Assembly (NCBI GenBank): GCA_949298925.1
Contig: CASFYE010000002.1
Coordinates: 1-46,225 of the forward strand
From: an uncultured Bacillota bacterium
Lineage (GTDB): Bacteria; Bacillota; Clostridia; Christensenellales; UBA1242
Direction: 5' to 3'
DNA length: 46,225 nucleotides
Part shown: positions 45,625 to 46,225 of the stretch, piece by piece
Position numbering within the stretch: position 1 is the stretch's first letter
Layout: the number at the start of each line of letters is the position of its first letter
The notes under the pieces: generated by a model
Seen by the model: the letters and a program-made list of their open reading frames with translations, nothing else
Databases searched by the model: none
Told to the model about the DNA's origin: nothing
Program-made: the position numbers and the translations under genes

Positions 45625-45744
45625 AGTTGGTTTGTCGTATTTCCCCTTTTTATTTGATTATAAAAAAGGGAAAAACAGCAAATAAAAAGCACTGCATATT
45701 GACTGTTAATTTTGCAATTTATTAGATGCGACAAGCCTCTAACA

Positions 45745-45932
45745 CCCCTGATAGCTCAGTCGGTAGAGCAAAGGACTGAGTCAAAGGGGTCTCAAAATGC
45801 TTTGCATTTTGGGAAGCGGAGAAAACGTGCGTTAACCGAGCCTTTGCGATTAGCAAAGCGAGCACAAGCACGATTTTCGAAGCCGTGTCGGTGGTTCGAT
45901 TCCACACCACCACAAAATAAGGTGGAATCGAA
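45745..45932 (+). pseudogene. tRNA-Phe-derived element: 5' half and T-arm of tRNA-Phe separated by a 105-nt structured insert; no acceptor 3' strand
   Basis: 45746-45779 is identical to 45951-45984 of the intact tRNA-Phe, and 45885-45905 is identical to 45993-46013. The 8 nt AAATCCTT of the intact gene are replaced by 45780-45884. The 3' acceptor strand is replaced by ACCACCAC. Confidence 0.8.
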
Positions 45933-45949
45933 AAAGATTTTAAAGATAT

Positions 45950-46025
45950 GCCCTGATAGCTCAGTCGGTAGAGCAAAGGACTGAAAATCCTTGTGTCGGT
46001 GGTTCGATTCCACCTTAGGGCACCA
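45950..46025 (+). tRNA. tRNA-Phe (GAA)
   Basis: Acceptor GCCCTGA/TTAGGGC, anticodon loop CTGAAAA, T-arm GGTGG-TTCGATT-CCACC, CCA encoded. Confidence 0.9.
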
Positions 46026-46081
46026 AAGCGAATAAGCGTCAACAAATTCCCCTTCTCTTTTGGCACTTAATTCGCAAAAAT

Positions 46082-46156
46082 GCTGGCGTGGCTCAACGGT
46101 AGAGCAGCTGACTTGTAATCAGCAGGTTGTAGGTTCGATTCCTATCGCCAGCTCCA
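46082..46156 (+). tRNA. tRNA-Thr (UGU)
   Basis: Acceptor GCTGGCG/CGCCAGC, anticodon loop CTTGTAA, discriminator T, CCA encoded. Confidence 0.9.
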
Positions 46157-46163
46157 TAAAAAT

Positions 46164-46184
46164 GACCTTTCGAGGTCTTTTTTT
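46164..46184 (+). terminator. rho-independent terminator after the tRNA cluster
   Basis: GACCT-ttcg-AGGTC followed by T7. Confidence 0.7.
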
Positions 46185-46225
46185 GTTTAAGACTGATTAC
46201 AAGTCAGCGCTGACTATAATATTAA

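Noticed and set aside
45780-45884. Group I (or other self-splicing) intron in a tRNA-Phe gene
   Set aside because: The insert is only 105 nt, well below the ~200-nt minimum of known tRNA group I introns. The 3' anticodon-stem strand (TCCTT) and the acceptor 3' strand that a 3' exon would need are absent. I could not find P/Q/R/S-like core elements, nor a hammerhead CUGANGA...GAAA core.
45345-46066. ORFs 45345-45539, 45413-45685, 45712-45984, 45722-46066 and 45792-46013
   Set aside because: They are translations through tRNA genes, giving typical tRNA-derived peptide strings such as ALPTELSG and WNRTTD. They are not coding.

Overview
This window is a low-GC chromosomal segment typical of Firmicutes/Clostridia, from an endospore former. 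All functions were assigned by eye from motifs, operon context and remembered family features; no searches were run.

Almost all of it is core housekeeping and sporulation genes.
- Plus strand, 0-19.6 kb: a complete spoIIIAA-AH operon, asp23-nusB-xseAB-proS, infC-rpmI-rplT (ATT start, L20-type leader), a TrmH-family methyltransferase, yebC, ruvCAB-queA-tgt and rny.
- Mostly minus strand after that: serS, spoIVB, recN, argR, thiI plus a cysteine desulfurase, pheST behind a Phe T-box, yunB, spoVAC-D-E, spoIIAA-spoIIAB-sigF, an SDR and degV.
- Right end: an 8-gene tRNA cluster.

I see no prophage, IS element, CRISPR array or recognisable defence operon. The non-standard content is:
1. The tRNA cluster. 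It holds a tRNA-Phe-derived element with a 105-nt structured insert. It also holds three exact 15-16 nt inverted copies of neighbouring tRNA segments and a leader-trailer helix around tRNA-Asp.
2. The 19.7-22.9 kb patch. It holds a PadR-wHTH/4-TM protein, a decayed partial duplicate of that gene's 5' end, a 19-bp hairpin and an orphan 319-aa protein behind serS.
3. A perfectly duplicated 87-bp T-rich array with ~22-bp phasing after proS.
4. A Tyr/Gly/Asn-rich lipoprotein gene wedged between sigF and spoVA.
5. A nucleoside hydrolase / metallophosphoesterase fusion.
6. Several apparently leaderless genes.
7. A GC-rich palindrome-bearing island after thiI.
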